The position numbers and the translations under genes were made by a program. Below the pieces are notes generated by a model, which ran no database searches, was not told where the DNA came from, and was given only the letters and a program-made list of their open reading frames with translations. DNA of 64,000 bases from an uncultured Clostridia bacterium (GTDB lineage Bacteria; Bacillota; Clostridia; TANB77; CAG-465), in contig CAKPAG010000007.1 of the NCBI GenBank assembly GCA_934132895.1, positions 23 through 64,022 on the forward strand, written 5' to 3'. Positions 33,774-43,533 of this stretch are shown here, piece after piece (the first letter of the stretch is position 1; each line of letters starts with the position of its first letter).

Positions 33774-34787
33774 TTAACTTTCTAACATTTTCTTAATTTC
33801 TTCTTTATTTTCATTTACCATAGTTACAAATTTTTCGTCAAGAGTAGGGTCAAAATGAGTGCCTTTTTCGTCGCTTATTATGTCTAAAGCATGTTCAATA
33901 GTTTGAGCTTCTTTATATGGTCTTTTATCTACTATTGCATCAAAGCAGTCGCATAGTGAAAGTAGTCTTGCAAGATAAGGTATATCTGTTCCTTTTAATT
34001 TATTAGGATAACCTTTTCCGTTATATTTCTCATGATGAGCTTCTATAATAGGGCATACTTTAGAAAATACTTTAGATACACTTAAAATATTTGCTCCAAT
34101 AGTTGGGTGTTGCTTTATGCTCTCAAATTCTTCATCTGTAAGTTTTCCTTCTTTTAAAAGAATTCTATCTGGAACTCCGATTTTCCCTATATCATGGAAA
34201 GATGCAGCTAAATTTAATGTGTTTATATCTTCTTTACTTAGACCTAAATAGTTTGCAAAATATATACAAAGTCTTGTAACCCTTATAGAGTGACGTTCTG
34301 TATAATTATCTTTTGCACCAACTGTATTTAGTAAAACTTTTGCAAATTCAATTAAGTTTTGTTCCATTTGCATACTCATATTTTTAATCTTATTTAATTG
34401 ATTAAGATATTTTATACCAGTTTGTATAAACATAATCAATTGATCAAATTGAGTGCTTTTTTCAAAGTAGGCTTGAATATCTAAACTTTGCATTGTTTCA
34501 ATTGAAGGAGCTAAATCTTTATGCATAGACATAAGAATAATATATATATCTTTATCAAATTCTCTAACTAGTTCAACAATTCTATCTCCATTTACAGGAG
34601 ACATTAGATAATTAACAATTAGAATATCATATTTTGTTCTTTTTAATTCTTCTATTGCTGCTACTGGTTCTGTATAAGTACTTACAGTATGACCATATTT
34701 AGCTAATATAACAGACAGAATATCCATCATATTTACATCATCATCAATTACTAAAATTTTTGCATTAGTTATCTTTTCGTCGTTCAT
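33774..34787 (-). CDS. response regulator with HD-GYP phosphodiesterase output domain (RpfG-like)
   Basis: N-terminal receiver (KILVIDDD...), then HDIGKIGVPD and HHEKYNGKGYP, which are the HD and GYP motifs. Confidence 0.85.
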   Translation of the reverse strand: MNDEKITNAKILVIDDDVNMMDILSVILAKYGHTVSTYTEPVAAIEELKRTKYDILIVNYLMSPVNGDRIVELVREFDKDIYIILMSMHKDLAPSIETMQSLDIQAYFEKSTQFDQLIMFIQTGIKYLNQLNKIKNMSMQMEQNLIEFAKVLLNTVGAKDNYTERHSIRVTRLCIYFANYLGLSKEDINTLNLAASFHDIGKIGVPDRILLKEGKLTDEEFESIKQHPTIGANILSVSKVFSKVCPIIEAHHEKYNGKGYPNKLKGTDIPYLARLLSLCDCFDAIVDKRPYKEAQTIEHALDIISDEKGTHFDPTLDEKFVTMVNENKEEIKKMLES

Positions 34788-35077
34788 AAGATCACCTTTA
34801 AATAAAGTATACCAAATAAAAGTTAAATAATCAAGAGGTAAAAAATGTATGCGGATAATGACATGAAAAAGTTAATACTATACAAATGTACTTGTATCAA
34901 AAATAAACAGTAAATGAACAGTAGAAAAATAGAAAGGAGCTTTTTACACAATTTTATTGAAAAATTATATAAAATTCTCCTTTTAAGTATGTCTTGTTTA
35001 TTTTTTGTTGCTTAAATTGTCTCCTATTCAAGATAGGTTCTAATAAAGTAATTACAATTAGTGTACAAATTAAATTA

Positions 35078-36265
35078 CTACTGTAACTTTTCTCCACATT
35101 CTGGACAGAATTTTTTCATTTCATCAAGTTCTGTACCACATTTTGGACATTTTTTCTTTTCTATTTTTTTTGCTCCACATTCTGAACAAAATTTACCATG
35201 GACTTCTTTATTACAATTTGGACAAGTCCATGCATCAGTAGCTGATGTAGACACGCTAGTTGCTGGCTGTGGTTGAGTTTGTTGGTTTTGCCAAGGACCT
35301 TGTGTTGCCCCTCCCATTACTTTGTCTGTTGACATGTTCATCATTTCGATTCCCATAAATCCATTTGCTGCTCCGTTTGCGTTATTTGCTGCATCTTGAA
35401 CTGCATTTGCATATGCTCCAACAAGTGTTCCTTGTTGCATCATTTGATTTGAACTTAATTCGTAGTTATCTATCTTTTTTTGTGATTCTTCGTCTAGTGT
35501 TACTGATTCTACTACAAATCCTGTAATAGAAAGACCTCTTTTCCTTATTGGTTCGTCAAATACATATTCATCCATTATCTCTTTTATTTCATCTGTTTGT
35601 GATGGTAATTCTAAAACTGGAACTTTATGTTTATTATTTCCTAGTTCATTTAAAACATTTTGGAATGATGATATTACTTCAGATCTCATTTGTTCTGTAA
35701 TTGTTTCTTTTTTGTATATATCAGCTATTCCTGCAATTTCTTTCATGAACATAAATGGATCAGATATTTTAAATGTATATTTTCCAAAACATTTTAATGA
35801 TACTCTTAATGGTGATAATGTCCCTGTCATTTGATTTGGTATTGGATGTGACCAATCTTGAAAAGGTACTGGTGCTGGTGTTCCAAATTTATTATTCATT
35901 ATTTCTTTTAAATTAAAGAAATATATCGCTTGCTCTTTTGATGTTGCACCATCATAAGTAAACCTTTGCCACATTTCTTTAAACATTCCACCGAATTGTC
36001 CAGCAAATAATGATGGTGTTGATGATGTATCAAATGTATATACTCCATCTTCTGCTGCTGCGTCTAATATTCTCCCATTATCATAAATTATTGCACATTG
36101 TCCTGGTCCTACTATAACGGTACTTCCATTTGATATTACTCCTGTGTCTGTTGTTTTCTTAATCATTAATACGTCATCTGGCATATCATCACATCTTATG
36201 GCTTCTTTCCATTGGTCATGTAATGTTCCTCCTATTGCTCCTACAGTTGCTTTTATTAATCCCAT
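35078..36265 (-). CDS. SPFH-fold protein with C-terminal double zinc ribbon (COG4260 putative virion core protein / YdjI-like)
   Basis: N-terminal MGLIKATVGAIGG..., a central SPFH-like region, and a C-terminal CPNCNKEVHGKFCSECG...CPKCGTELDEMKKFCPECG. Confidence 0.65.
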   Translation of the reverse strand: MGLIKATVGAIGGTLHDQWKEAIRCDDMPDDVLMIKKTTDTGVISNGSTVIVGPGQCAIIYDNGRILDAAAEDGVYTFDTSSTPSLFAGQFGGMFKEMWQRFTYDGATSKEQAIYFFNLKEIMNNKFGTPAPVPFQDWSHPIPNQMTGTLSPLRVSLKCFGKYTFKISDPFMFMKEIAGIADIYKKETITEQMRSEVISSFQNVLNELGNNKHKVPVLELPSQTDEIKEIMDEYVFDEPIRKRGLSITGFVVESVTLDEESQKKIDNYELSSNQMMQQGTLVGAYANAVQDAANNANGAANGFMGIEMMNMSTDKVMGGATQGPWQNQQTQPQPATSVSTSATDAWTCPNCNKEVHGKFCSECGAKKIEKKKCPKCGTELDEMKKFCPECGEKLQ

Positions 36266-36308
36266 TTAAATTTCCCCCTTATATTTTTACTTTTTTTCTA
36301 ATTTCTTT

Positions 36309-37253
36309 TTAATTTCCTTTTATATCTGTAAGTACAAAGTCATATTCTCCTGTTGTTATTACAGATCCACAATATTCACACTGTCCTGCTGATGTAATTT
36401 CGGTTGGTGCTCCACAGTTTGGGCAATTTGTTGTAGATTTTTTACTTGTGCCTGCCTGTGTTTTTACCCCCGATTTTCTTGCAAAAGTCATTATATATGA
36501 CATATTCCAATCTTTGTTTGGATCACTTTCTAAAACCTGTTTTGATGTTGCATCTATAACGTAATCTCTCATTACAGCACTAAGTGATACTGTTACAACT
36601 TCTTTATCTCCATCTTGTTTAAAATCAAGTAAATGACAAGATTTTATACTTATTTTTTCTATTACGTTTATTTTGTTGTTATCTATATATTCTTGTAATT
36701 GTGCTTGATGCGTTTCAAAAAGCTCATTTGATTCAAATGGACGTATAGCTTTCCAGTTTCTTTCTGTCCATGCTTGCTGAATTTTTATAAATACATCTCT
36801 TACCCATGACAAAAATGCTTCTTCTGAGAAATTTGGATCTATCTCTTGTATTCTTGAAGCAACACTTTGTTCAAATGAATATGAAGAATTAATATTATTT
36901 TCTAAATTATTATTTACATTAGAATTATTTTGAACATAATTATTTTTTGAGTCATAATATCTTGCAGTTGGCGGATATTTACTTCTAATGATAACCGTAA
37001 TTAATATGATAATTGCAATAATTCCAAGAACAGGATGTTTAACAAACAATAGTATTAGCCATATAATTGCCCCTAAATCACCAGAATCACTATGGTAATC
37101 GTCATTATAATCATAATTAGAGTCATAACTATAATCACTTCCTCCACTATCATATCTATTAATATTTCCTACATCTGCAAAAGCGAAATTCGAAACAAAT
37201 ACAAACATCATAAATAGTAAAATAGCAAGAATAACTTTGGTCTTCTTTTTCAT
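36309..37253 (-). CDS. membrane protein with Tim44-like/NTF2-like domain and C-terminal zinc ribbon
   Basis: Signal peptide or TM helix, Asp/Tyr/Ser/Asn low-complexity stretch, second TM helix, SWVRDVFIKIQQAWTERNW Tim44-like core, then C-terminal CPNCGAP...CEYCG. Confidence 0.5.
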   Translation of the reverse strand: MKKKTKVILAILLFMMFVFVSNFAFADVGNINRYDSGGSDYSYDSNYDYNDDYHSDSGDLGAIIWLILLFVKHPVLGIIAIIILITVIIRSKYPPTARYYDSKNNYVQNNSNVNNNLENNINSSYSFEQSVASRIQEIDPNFSEEAFLSWVRDVFIKIQQAWTERNWKAIRPFESNELFETHQAQLQEYIDNNKINVIEKISIKSCHLLDFKQDGDKEVVTVSLSAVMRDYVIDATSKQVLESDPNKDWNMSYIMTFARKSGVKTQAGTSKKSTTNCPNCGAPTEITSAGQCEYCGSVITTGEYDFVLTDIKGN

Positions 37254-37638
37254 ATATTCACCTCGTTTCTTTTTTGAAAATTATGCATAAAATGCTTCAA
37301 ATACTTAAACCTTGTTTGGTTAATTAAATTGTACAATATACTAAAAAAATTTTCAATACACTATATATAGATTTTAGTTCGAAGGCACGAAAAAGACTTT
37401 AATACTTGTAATAGAGTATTATTATCACTTATAGAAAATTTAAAACTTAAAATTGTTTATTTTCATCAAATAATATTTAGTGAAAATAAGGTTTTGCTAT
37501 ATTAGCATATGTTTTAAGTGTAAAAATAATGATTTTAAGTGGATTAGAGGGAATATAATTAGCTATTTTAGTTTGTCAATATTTTTTATGCTATTTTTTG
37601 TGTCGAAATTTTACGATCGATTTTTCTTGACTTTTAGT

Positions 37639-38496
37639 ATGCATAGGTGTTATAGTATTGTTAGAGGAGGTGGTAAGATATATGAGATTGGTATAATTTC
37701 ATTATCTATAATTCTTTCATATAATTTAATATCATATTATTTCATAAAACGCAAAGAAAAATTTTTAGTAAAAGCACAAAGTATTTTTTTAAATAATAAA
37801 TTTTTTTCAAACTTTTATAAACGTTATTTTTTAACAATTCAAGAAAATTTAAATTCTTTAGAAAGACCATATAAATTAAATCTTACAAGATATATATTTA
37901 TAAAATACATTGTTTCAAGTATTTGTTCATTAGTATTTATTTTTCAGAAAAGAAATTTTATTCAAATATTTTTTATTTTTTTATTGTTATTTTACCTACC
38001 AAATATTTTAGTTTCAAATTACAGAAAAAAAGAAAAAGTATATGTAATAAACGATTTACAGCAAATAATTAATAATTTACAAATCTCTTTAGTAACAAGT
38101 AATAGTTTATATGACTCTTTAAAGTTTTCCATAAAAAACATAAGTTATATTAGGTTTAAAAATAGCTTTTTAGATTTTATAGAAGAGTATAGAATGTATA
38201 ATTATAATATAAAAAAAGCATCTGAAAAGTTAATATATAGATTTAACCAAAAGGAACTAAAAACTTTTTTAGAAATACTGGATGGAAGCGAGAGTATTTC
38301 AAATACTTTAGAATTAATAGAACGCTTTAAACAAGTAGTAGCCAAAAAGGAAGAAAGTGCTCTTAAAGGTTATTATATAAAAACTAATATGAAAGTTATT
38401 TTTATTTCATTAATTTTATTATGCATGTCTTTTGTTATAGTTATATATCCAATTTCTATACAAATCCTAGAAAGTTTAAATACTATCTTAAATTAA
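37639..38496 (+). CDS. TadB/TadC-like (T2SS-F domain) pilus assembly membrane protein
   Basis: TM, cytoplasmic domain, 2 TM, domain, TM topology. Start is uncertain: the track ORF opens at 37480; ATG at 37639 is chosen; a strong RBS agaggagg at 37663 has no canonical start after it. Confidence 0.45.
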   Translation: MHRCYSIVRGGGKIYEIGIISLSIILSYNLISYYFIKRKEKFLVKAQSIFLNNKFFSNFYKRYFLTIQENLNSLERPYKLNLTRYIFIKYIVSSICSLVFIFQKRNFIQIFFIFLLLFYLPNILVSNYRKKEKVYVINDLQQIINNLQISLVTSNSLYDSLKFSIKNISYIRFKNSFLDFIEEYRMYNYNIKKASEKLIYRFNQKELKTFLEILDGSESISNTLELIERFKQVVAKKEESALKGYYIKTNMKVIFISLILLCMSFVIVIYPISIQILESLNTILN

Positions 38497-38509
38497 AGGA
38501 GTGATTGAA

Positions 38510-38719
38510 ATGTATAAATTTAAGAAAAATAAAATTAACATTAAGCAAAATAAAAGAGGTGGTTCAGTATTAGTTGAAAACATACTTATGATTGCTATTA
38601 CTTTAGTACTCATTATTGTTATATTTTATCCTCAGATTATAAAATTGTTTGATAAAGTTATGGATAGTTTAGCTGTTTGGTTTGACAATGCAGTGTCAGT
38701 TATAGGGGTGATAAACTAA
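38510..38719 (+). CDS. Flp-family type IVb prepilin
   Basis: 69 aa with KRGG/SVLVENILMIAITLVLIIV, i.e. a class III signal peptide with Gly at -1 and Glu at +5. RBS aaaggag lies 8 nt upstream. Confidence 0.6.
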   Translation: MYKFKKNKINIKQNKRGGSVLVENILMIAITLVLIIVIFYPQIIKLFDKVMDSLAVWFDNAVSVIGVIN

Positions 38720-39394
38720 ATGACAAGATTTAAAAGAAATATTATTATATTAACTCTTGCTATAATAATATATTTATGTTTAGTATATTTTAAATCATGC
38801 ATAGTATCCAATAATGCTAAAGAAGTATATGTGTTAAACAAAGATATAACAAGAGGAGAAAATATACTTATTACTGATGTAGATAAGATAGTAATAAATA
38901 GTGATTTAAACTTAGAATGTGTTGAAAATGTGGAAAACTTAGTAGCAAAAACAGACTTAAGTAGAGGAAAAATTTTTTGTAAAGAAGATGCAATTAATAA
39001 AAGCGAATATCAAACGTTAGAAGATAATAAAAAAGAAAAAATATTATTAAAATTAGAAGATATGGATATTAAGGGAAGTAATAAACTTACAAAAGGCAGT
39101 ATTGTAAATATATATTATACTGGGAGGACAACTCAGCTTGATAGTTTAATAGCAAGCAAAAGCTTTAAAAAAATAAAAAGTTCAAGTATTGCTGATGGGT
39201 ATACAACAATAGCTTTTTTAAATAGTATTAAGGTAGTTGGAGTGTATAATAAAAATGGAGAGGAGGCAAAAAGTGAAAGCACATTTTTAAGTGACACAAC
39301 TTATGCTATAGAAATTGAAGTAGACCAAGATATTGCAATGCTTGTACAAAATCTTAAAAATTATGGAAAATTTAATATTACAATTAAAAAATAA
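38720..39394 (+). CDS. CpaB/RcpC-like pilus assembly protein (SAF domain)
   Basis: N-terminal TM helix then EVYVLNKDITRGENILITDVDK, a SAF-domain pattern. Starts directly after the flp stop. Confidence 0.5.
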   Translation: MTRFKRNIIILTLAIIIYLCLVYFKSCIVSNNAKEVYVLNKDITRGENILITDVDKIVINSDLNLECVENVENLVAKTDLSRGKIFCKEDAINKSEYQTLEDNKKEKILLKLEDMDIKGSNKLTKGSIVNIYYTGRTTQLDSLIASKSFKKIKSSSIADGYTTIAFLNSIKVVGVYNKNGEEAKSESTFLSDTTYAIEIEVDQDIAMLVQNLKNYGKFNITIKK

Positions 39395-39815
39395 AGAGGT
39401 GAGAAAGAGAGTAAATATATTAATTTTACATGATAATGAACTCATTTTAGAAAAAAATGAAAACATTGAAAAAATATACAAAAAACTAAAAAAAGAATTA
39501 AAAAAGAAACAATACGAAAAATATAACCTTTCTATAATTGAAGATAAAAATTATACTAATAAAATTAAAGTTAGTGCTGTTTTAATACTATCAAATGATG
39601 TTAAAAAAGCTATATTCTATAAGTATAGTAAAAAAATAGAAAAGTTTAGGCAAGATAATGTTCCTATTTTTATAGTGACAGGAGGCCTAAAAACAAATAA
39701 TATTGCCTATTCAATAAGTTTAACACCTTATGTGTTTTATAAAAACAAAAGAGTTGAAAGTATATGTATGAAAATTATAGAGATAATGAAAATAAAAGAA
39801 AGAATTAGAATATGA
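39363..39815 (+). CDS. hypothetical protein (possibly a receiver-like alpha/beta domain)
   Basis: VNILILHDNELILE... Start is uncertain (ATG at 39363, or GTG about 39406 just after aaagagg). Overlaps the end of the CpaB-like gene. Confidence 0.35.
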   Translation: MENLILQLKNKEVRKRVNILILHDNELILEKNENIEKIYKKLKKELKKKQYEKYNLSIIEDKNYTNKIKVSAVLILSNDVKKAIFYKYSKKIEKFRQDNVPIFIVTGGLKTNNIAYSISLTPYVFYKNKRVESICMKIIEIMKIKERIRI

Positions 39816-41407
39816 AAAAATTAAAAAAAGTTAAGATAATATCTATTCCTGTATTAATACTAATTTATTTATTGTTACATTTCAATATATTAGGGTATTC
39901 CTACCAGTTAGATTTTAGTAATATTATTGATATGGTAGGAATACCAAAATTAAATAAAAAAGGTGAATGTTTAAATGAAGAAATATATAGAAAATATAAT
40001 ATTTTTGTGTACTCTGATCCTGTGAGTATTTTAAAAGAAACTAACCTTCAAAGATTTAAAGAAGTAAAAAATGATGGTAAATACTTGTATAACGGAAAAT
40101 CAGGAGAATTCTATATTCTTGGTACCAATTTTGATGGAGCATATGTGTATAATGTTTATTTTCCCGTGGACTTTGTACCAGATACTTATCCAGAAAGTTG
40201 GCAATATGTAATTTCGAAAGATTTTGAAAGTTCTTGGAATCAAAGTTATATATATAAAGATCAATTAGAATATATGAAAAATGCTAAATTGCTTTTTGAT
40301 AAAATTGATTTAATAAATAAAACTTGTAATTCGTATGATTTAGTTGAATATAATCTCTCTCCTCTAAAAGAGGGGCTTGGAAAATTTAGACTTAATAGTT
40401 TGTCAACGTGGAAAACTATGGGAATTGTAACAGCCAAAAGAAGATTGAAAAATGGAGTTATAAGAGATGTTATATTTATGACAAAGCCTATGGCAGTTGA
40501 AGCAAATATATATTCATATCTTAATGTTCAAGATGAAGTATATATTAATGAAACCGAGGATGAAACAAGTATTAACATTCAGTTTGGTTCAGAAGTTAAA
40601 GGACTTACAGAGTATGCAAATCAAAATCAAATAAAAAAGATCTATTCCGAAATATATATAAATGGCGTGTTAGTCGACACAGTAAGTGGCAGTAAAATAA
40701 CAAATGTGGACAAAAAAATAGATTTTGTTATATCCCGAGAAAAAGATAATTTAAACGAACAGGTTATGTCGTATTCGTTAGAGGTAAAAAGTTACCTTTT
40801 AACTGATTTTTTAGAAGACGGTATTTTATGCGATAAGTTAGAAAAAGATGTTGTTGTAAAAATGGCCCCCAGAAAGCTAGTTCCTATAAATGACATAAAA
40901 ATTAAACTATTAACTTTAGAAGAAAATTATTGGGTTGTAAGTCCACTTGCCCAAATTGATAAATTAAATTCTGAAACACAAGGATTTTTTGAACAAGGAA
41001 GAAGAATAGTATTATATATAGAAGGAGCAAAAGATTTTAAGAGGATTAGTGATATTAAAATATATTTAAATAATATAGAATGCAAGTACAATATACTAAA
41101 GTTAGATGAAAATTATTTATATTTAGAACCTGATATAGTAGAAAAGACATATATAAGTTTGGGAGGATGGAAAACTATGAGAGAAGAAAAGGAAAGTTAT
41201 TTTGATGTGAAAAAAGAAGATATTGGAAGAAGAGTTAAAGAGCCAAATGAAATATGTATTAGAGTTCTTTGTACACCTGGAAAAGAAGAGCTATATACAC
41301 TTTGTTTTGATGTGATTGATGATTATATGAGTAACTTAAATCGTGTATTTGATAAGTCTGATAGTCAAGAATATAATGGTGAAAAAATAAAATTTGCTAA
41401 AGAATAA
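39812..41407 (+). CDS. hypothetical secreted/membrane-anchored protein (531 aa)
   Basis: N-terminal signal anchor. Overlaps the previous gene by 4 nt. No recognisable motifs. Confidence 0.45.
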   Translation: MKKLKKVKIISIPVLILIYLLLHFNILGYSYQLDFSNIIDMVGIPKLNKKGECLNEEIYRKYNIFVYSDPVSILKETNLQRFKEVKNDGKYLYNGKSGEFYILGTNFDGAYVYNVYFPVDFVPDTYPESWQYVISKDFESSWNQSYIYKDQLEYMKNAKLLFDKIDLINKTCNSYDLVEYNLSPLKEGLGKFRLNSLSTWKTMGIVTAKRRLKNGVIRDVIFMTKPMAVEANIYSYLNVQDEVYINETEDETSINIQFGSEVKGLTEYANQNQIKKIYSEIYINGVLVDTVSGSKITNVDKKIDFVISREKDNLNEQVMSYSLEVKSYLLTDFLEDGILCDKLEKDVVVKMAPRKLVPINDIKIKLLTLEENYWVVSPLAQIDKLNSETQGFFEQGRRIVLYIEGAKDFKRISDIKIYLNNIECKYNILKLDENYLYLEPDIVEKTYISLGGWKTMREEKESYFDVKKEDIGRRVKEPNEICIRVLCTPGKEELYTLCFDVIDDYMSNLNRVFDKSDSQEYNGEKIKFAKE

Positions 41408-41493
41408 TATTTCCTTAAAACTAAAAACTCGGAAATGCATTAATTTTAATTTTTAGTTCTTTTTCAATACTCTTTTTAATAATTTTTTCTATA

Positions 41494-41829
41494 GTGATAA
41501 TATACTTTCAGGTTTTTATAAAAGTAAAGTATATTGAACAAGATTTAAAATTTATAGTTAAAAATCAAGCTGTTTTAAACGCAGATAAGGAGTTATTAAA
41601 GTTAAATGTGTATAGATTTAATATAGAAAATATGAAAAGTGGTATAGAACAAAATCTACAAACTAAATATTCTAATTTAACAGTTTTCGATATCAAATAC
41701 AAAGAAGATGATAACTCGTTTTATATTTCATTAGATTATGAAATTTTTCCAACCATTCTTTTTAATAATAAAAACGTTAAATTAAGATTGAATAAAAAGG
41801 TAAAGTTTAAATTAATGGAGGTAATATAG
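41494..41829 (+). CDS. hypothetical small protein
   Basis: GTG start. The open frame extends upstream through a hydrophobic stretch FSSFSILFLIIFSIVII with no canonical start, so it may be a TadE-like minor pilin. Confidence 0.3.
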   Translation: MIIYFQVFIKVKYIEQDLKFIVKNQAVLNADKELLKLNVYRFNIENMKSGIEQNLQTKYSNLTVFDIKYKEDDNSFYISLDYEIFPTILFNNKNVKLRLNKKVKFKLMEVI

Positions 41830-41836
41830 TCATAAA

Positions 41837-42232
41837 ATGAATAAAAAGTTAGGAAATGCAGCAATTTCAAATACAATTATATTTTTCATAACTACGATAC
41901 TTTTAATATATCTTGGTATATATTTGTTTAATATAATGTCGGTTTTTGTATGGTACCAAAAATTAAATAACATATATGAAAAATATAGATTGGTAGTAGA
42001 AAGCTATGGAAATCTAACTGAAAATGAGGAGAAAAATTTGTATTCTGATTTAAAAGCTGAAGGATTTGAACTATCAAAAGTAAAATTAGACATACCAAAA
42101 GATAAGAAATATTATGGTGATGAGATTAAATTTGAAATTAAATATAGTGTTAGTATAAATAAGTTAAAGCTCGTCTTTAAAGAGGAACAAGTAATAGATA
42201 TTAAAGTGGGAAATTCATTTATAATGGTATAA
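41837..42232 (+). CDS. hypothetical small membrane protein (TadE-like N-terminal hydrophobic segment)
   Basis: NTIIFFITTILLIYLGIYLFNIMSVFVWY. Confidence 0.35.
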   Translation: MNKKLGNAAISNTIIFFITTILLIYLGIYLFNIMSVFVWYQKLNNIYEKYRLVVESYGNLTENEEKNLYSDLKAEGFELSKVKLDIPKDKKYYGDEIKFEIKYSVSINKLKLVFKEEQVIDIKVGNSFIMV

Positions 42233-42260
42233 AAAAAGCCCAAAATATGGGCAAGTTTTT
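42231..42260. terminator. bidirectional terminator
   Basis: gcccaaaatatgggc hairpin flanked by an A-run and a T-run. Confidence 0.6.
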
Positions 42261-42879
42261 AAATTTTTCTTAAAGATTGAATAGCATTATTTTCTATTAC
42301 AAGTTTTGATTTTTCTTTTAAAGATGCTTCTATTGATAAAGATGAATAATAATCATCACAATATTCTGATATAAAAGCAAAAGTTTTTAAGAACCTTTTA
42401 TTTTTAACAGCTGATTTATTAAAAATGATATAAAAAGAATCTTTGTATTTGTATAAACTATTTCTTCCAAAGTATAATTTTTCTTTTTTTGTAACTTCAC
42501 AAAGTGAAAGAAGTTTGTCTATTGAACTGAAAGCATATATATTACTATCTACTTTATAATCAACTATATGTGAAGTACCTCTGTTTTTGTTACTACTTAG
42601 ATTAAGATTGTTGTATTTTTTTAGTTCTGGTATTGCATCAATTTTTGTTATTGTAAGAATAAAAAGATTGTTGTTATCAGAACAAGCTTCTATAAAAAGT
42701 TGAGAGCCTTCTAAGGCAAATTCTTCGTCTAAATTTGATTCTTCTATTAGGTCTATAAATAATTCTTGTGCTATAGAAGAATTTTTTTCTATATCGGTTA
42801 ACGAAATTTCTCTATTTTCTAGTTCTTCTAGAGTAAGAGTGATCCTTATTTTATTTTCATTTATTTTTTCAACCTTCAT
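42259..42879 (-). CDS. mecA: adaptor protein MecA
   Basis: MKVEKINENKIRITLTLEELENREISLTDI is the canonical MecA N-terminus, followed by a C-terminal ClpC-binding domain. Confidence 0.8.
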   Translation of the reverse strand: MKVEKINENKIRITLTLEELENREISLTDIEKNSSIAQELFIDLIEESNLDEEFALEGSQLFIEACSDNNNLFILTITKIDAIPELKKYNNLNLSSNKNRGTSHIVDYKVDSNIYAFSSIDKLLSLCEVTKKEKLYFGRNSLYKYKDSFYIIFNKSAVKNKRFLKTFAFISEYCDDYYSSLSIEASLKEKSKLVIENNAIQSLRKI

Positions 42880-43108
42880 AAAGTAACCTCCAAAGATTTG
42901 GTTAAAATATTCTTATTTGTAGTATATGTATTATATAATAGTAAAGTTACAAAGTCAAGAATGGTAAAAATGTTTTTATTATCTATTATATATTTTTTCC
43001 TAAAACTAAAAAAATATAATTAATTATATAAAATAAGTAAAAAAATAAAAATTTAAAAGTAAAATATCAAAAAAAATTAAAAATTTTACTAAAATTCATT
43101 AAAAAAAT

Positions 43109-43137
43109 TTGATTATGTAAATAAATTGTGGTATAAT
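43109..43137 (+). promoter_or_regulatory. sigma-A promoter for rpsF-ssb-rpsR: TTGATT, 17 nt, TGgTATAAT
   Basis: Extended -10. A leader hairpin ctctatatttattatagag follows at about 43158-43176. Confidence 0.5.
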
Positions 43138-43207
43138 AACAAAAGTTAGTTTCCTTACTCTATATTTATTATAGAGTCTTAAGTCCAAAAGGAGGTGAGT
43201 TTAAGTC

Positions 43208-43489
43208 ATGAATAATTACGAAACAGTTATAATCCTTTCAACAAATGCAAACGAAGAAGAAACAGTTGCTTTTGGTGAAAAAATGAAAGAATTAATTTCA
43301 GCAAATGGCGAACTTACAAATGTTGAGGAATGGGGTAGAAAAACTTTAGCTTATGAAATTAAAAAGCAAAAAGAAGGAATTTACATACTATTCACATTTG
43401 TAGCAAAACCAGAATTTATTTCAGAATTCGAAAGAGTTTTAAGATTAGATGAAATTGTTTTAAAACACATGGTTATAAAAAAAGACTAG
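43208..43489 (+). CDS. rpsF: 30S ribosomal protein S6
   Basis: YETVIILSTN...EEWGRKTLAYEI pattern. Confidence 0.92.
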   Translation: MNNYETVIILSTNANEEETVAFGEKMKELISANGELTNVEEWGRKTLAYEIKKQKEGIYILFTFVAKPEFISEFERVLRLDEIVLKHMVIKKD

Positions 43490-43533
43490 TTTTAATTTAA
43501 GAGAGTATCTAATCTCGTAAAGGGGGAATAAAA

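Noticed and set aside
34836-34904. 22-aa ORF with RBS in the gap upstream of the HD-GYP regulator
   Set aside because: Too short, on the opposite strand to the surrounding operon, and composed of AT-rich codons. Probably chance.
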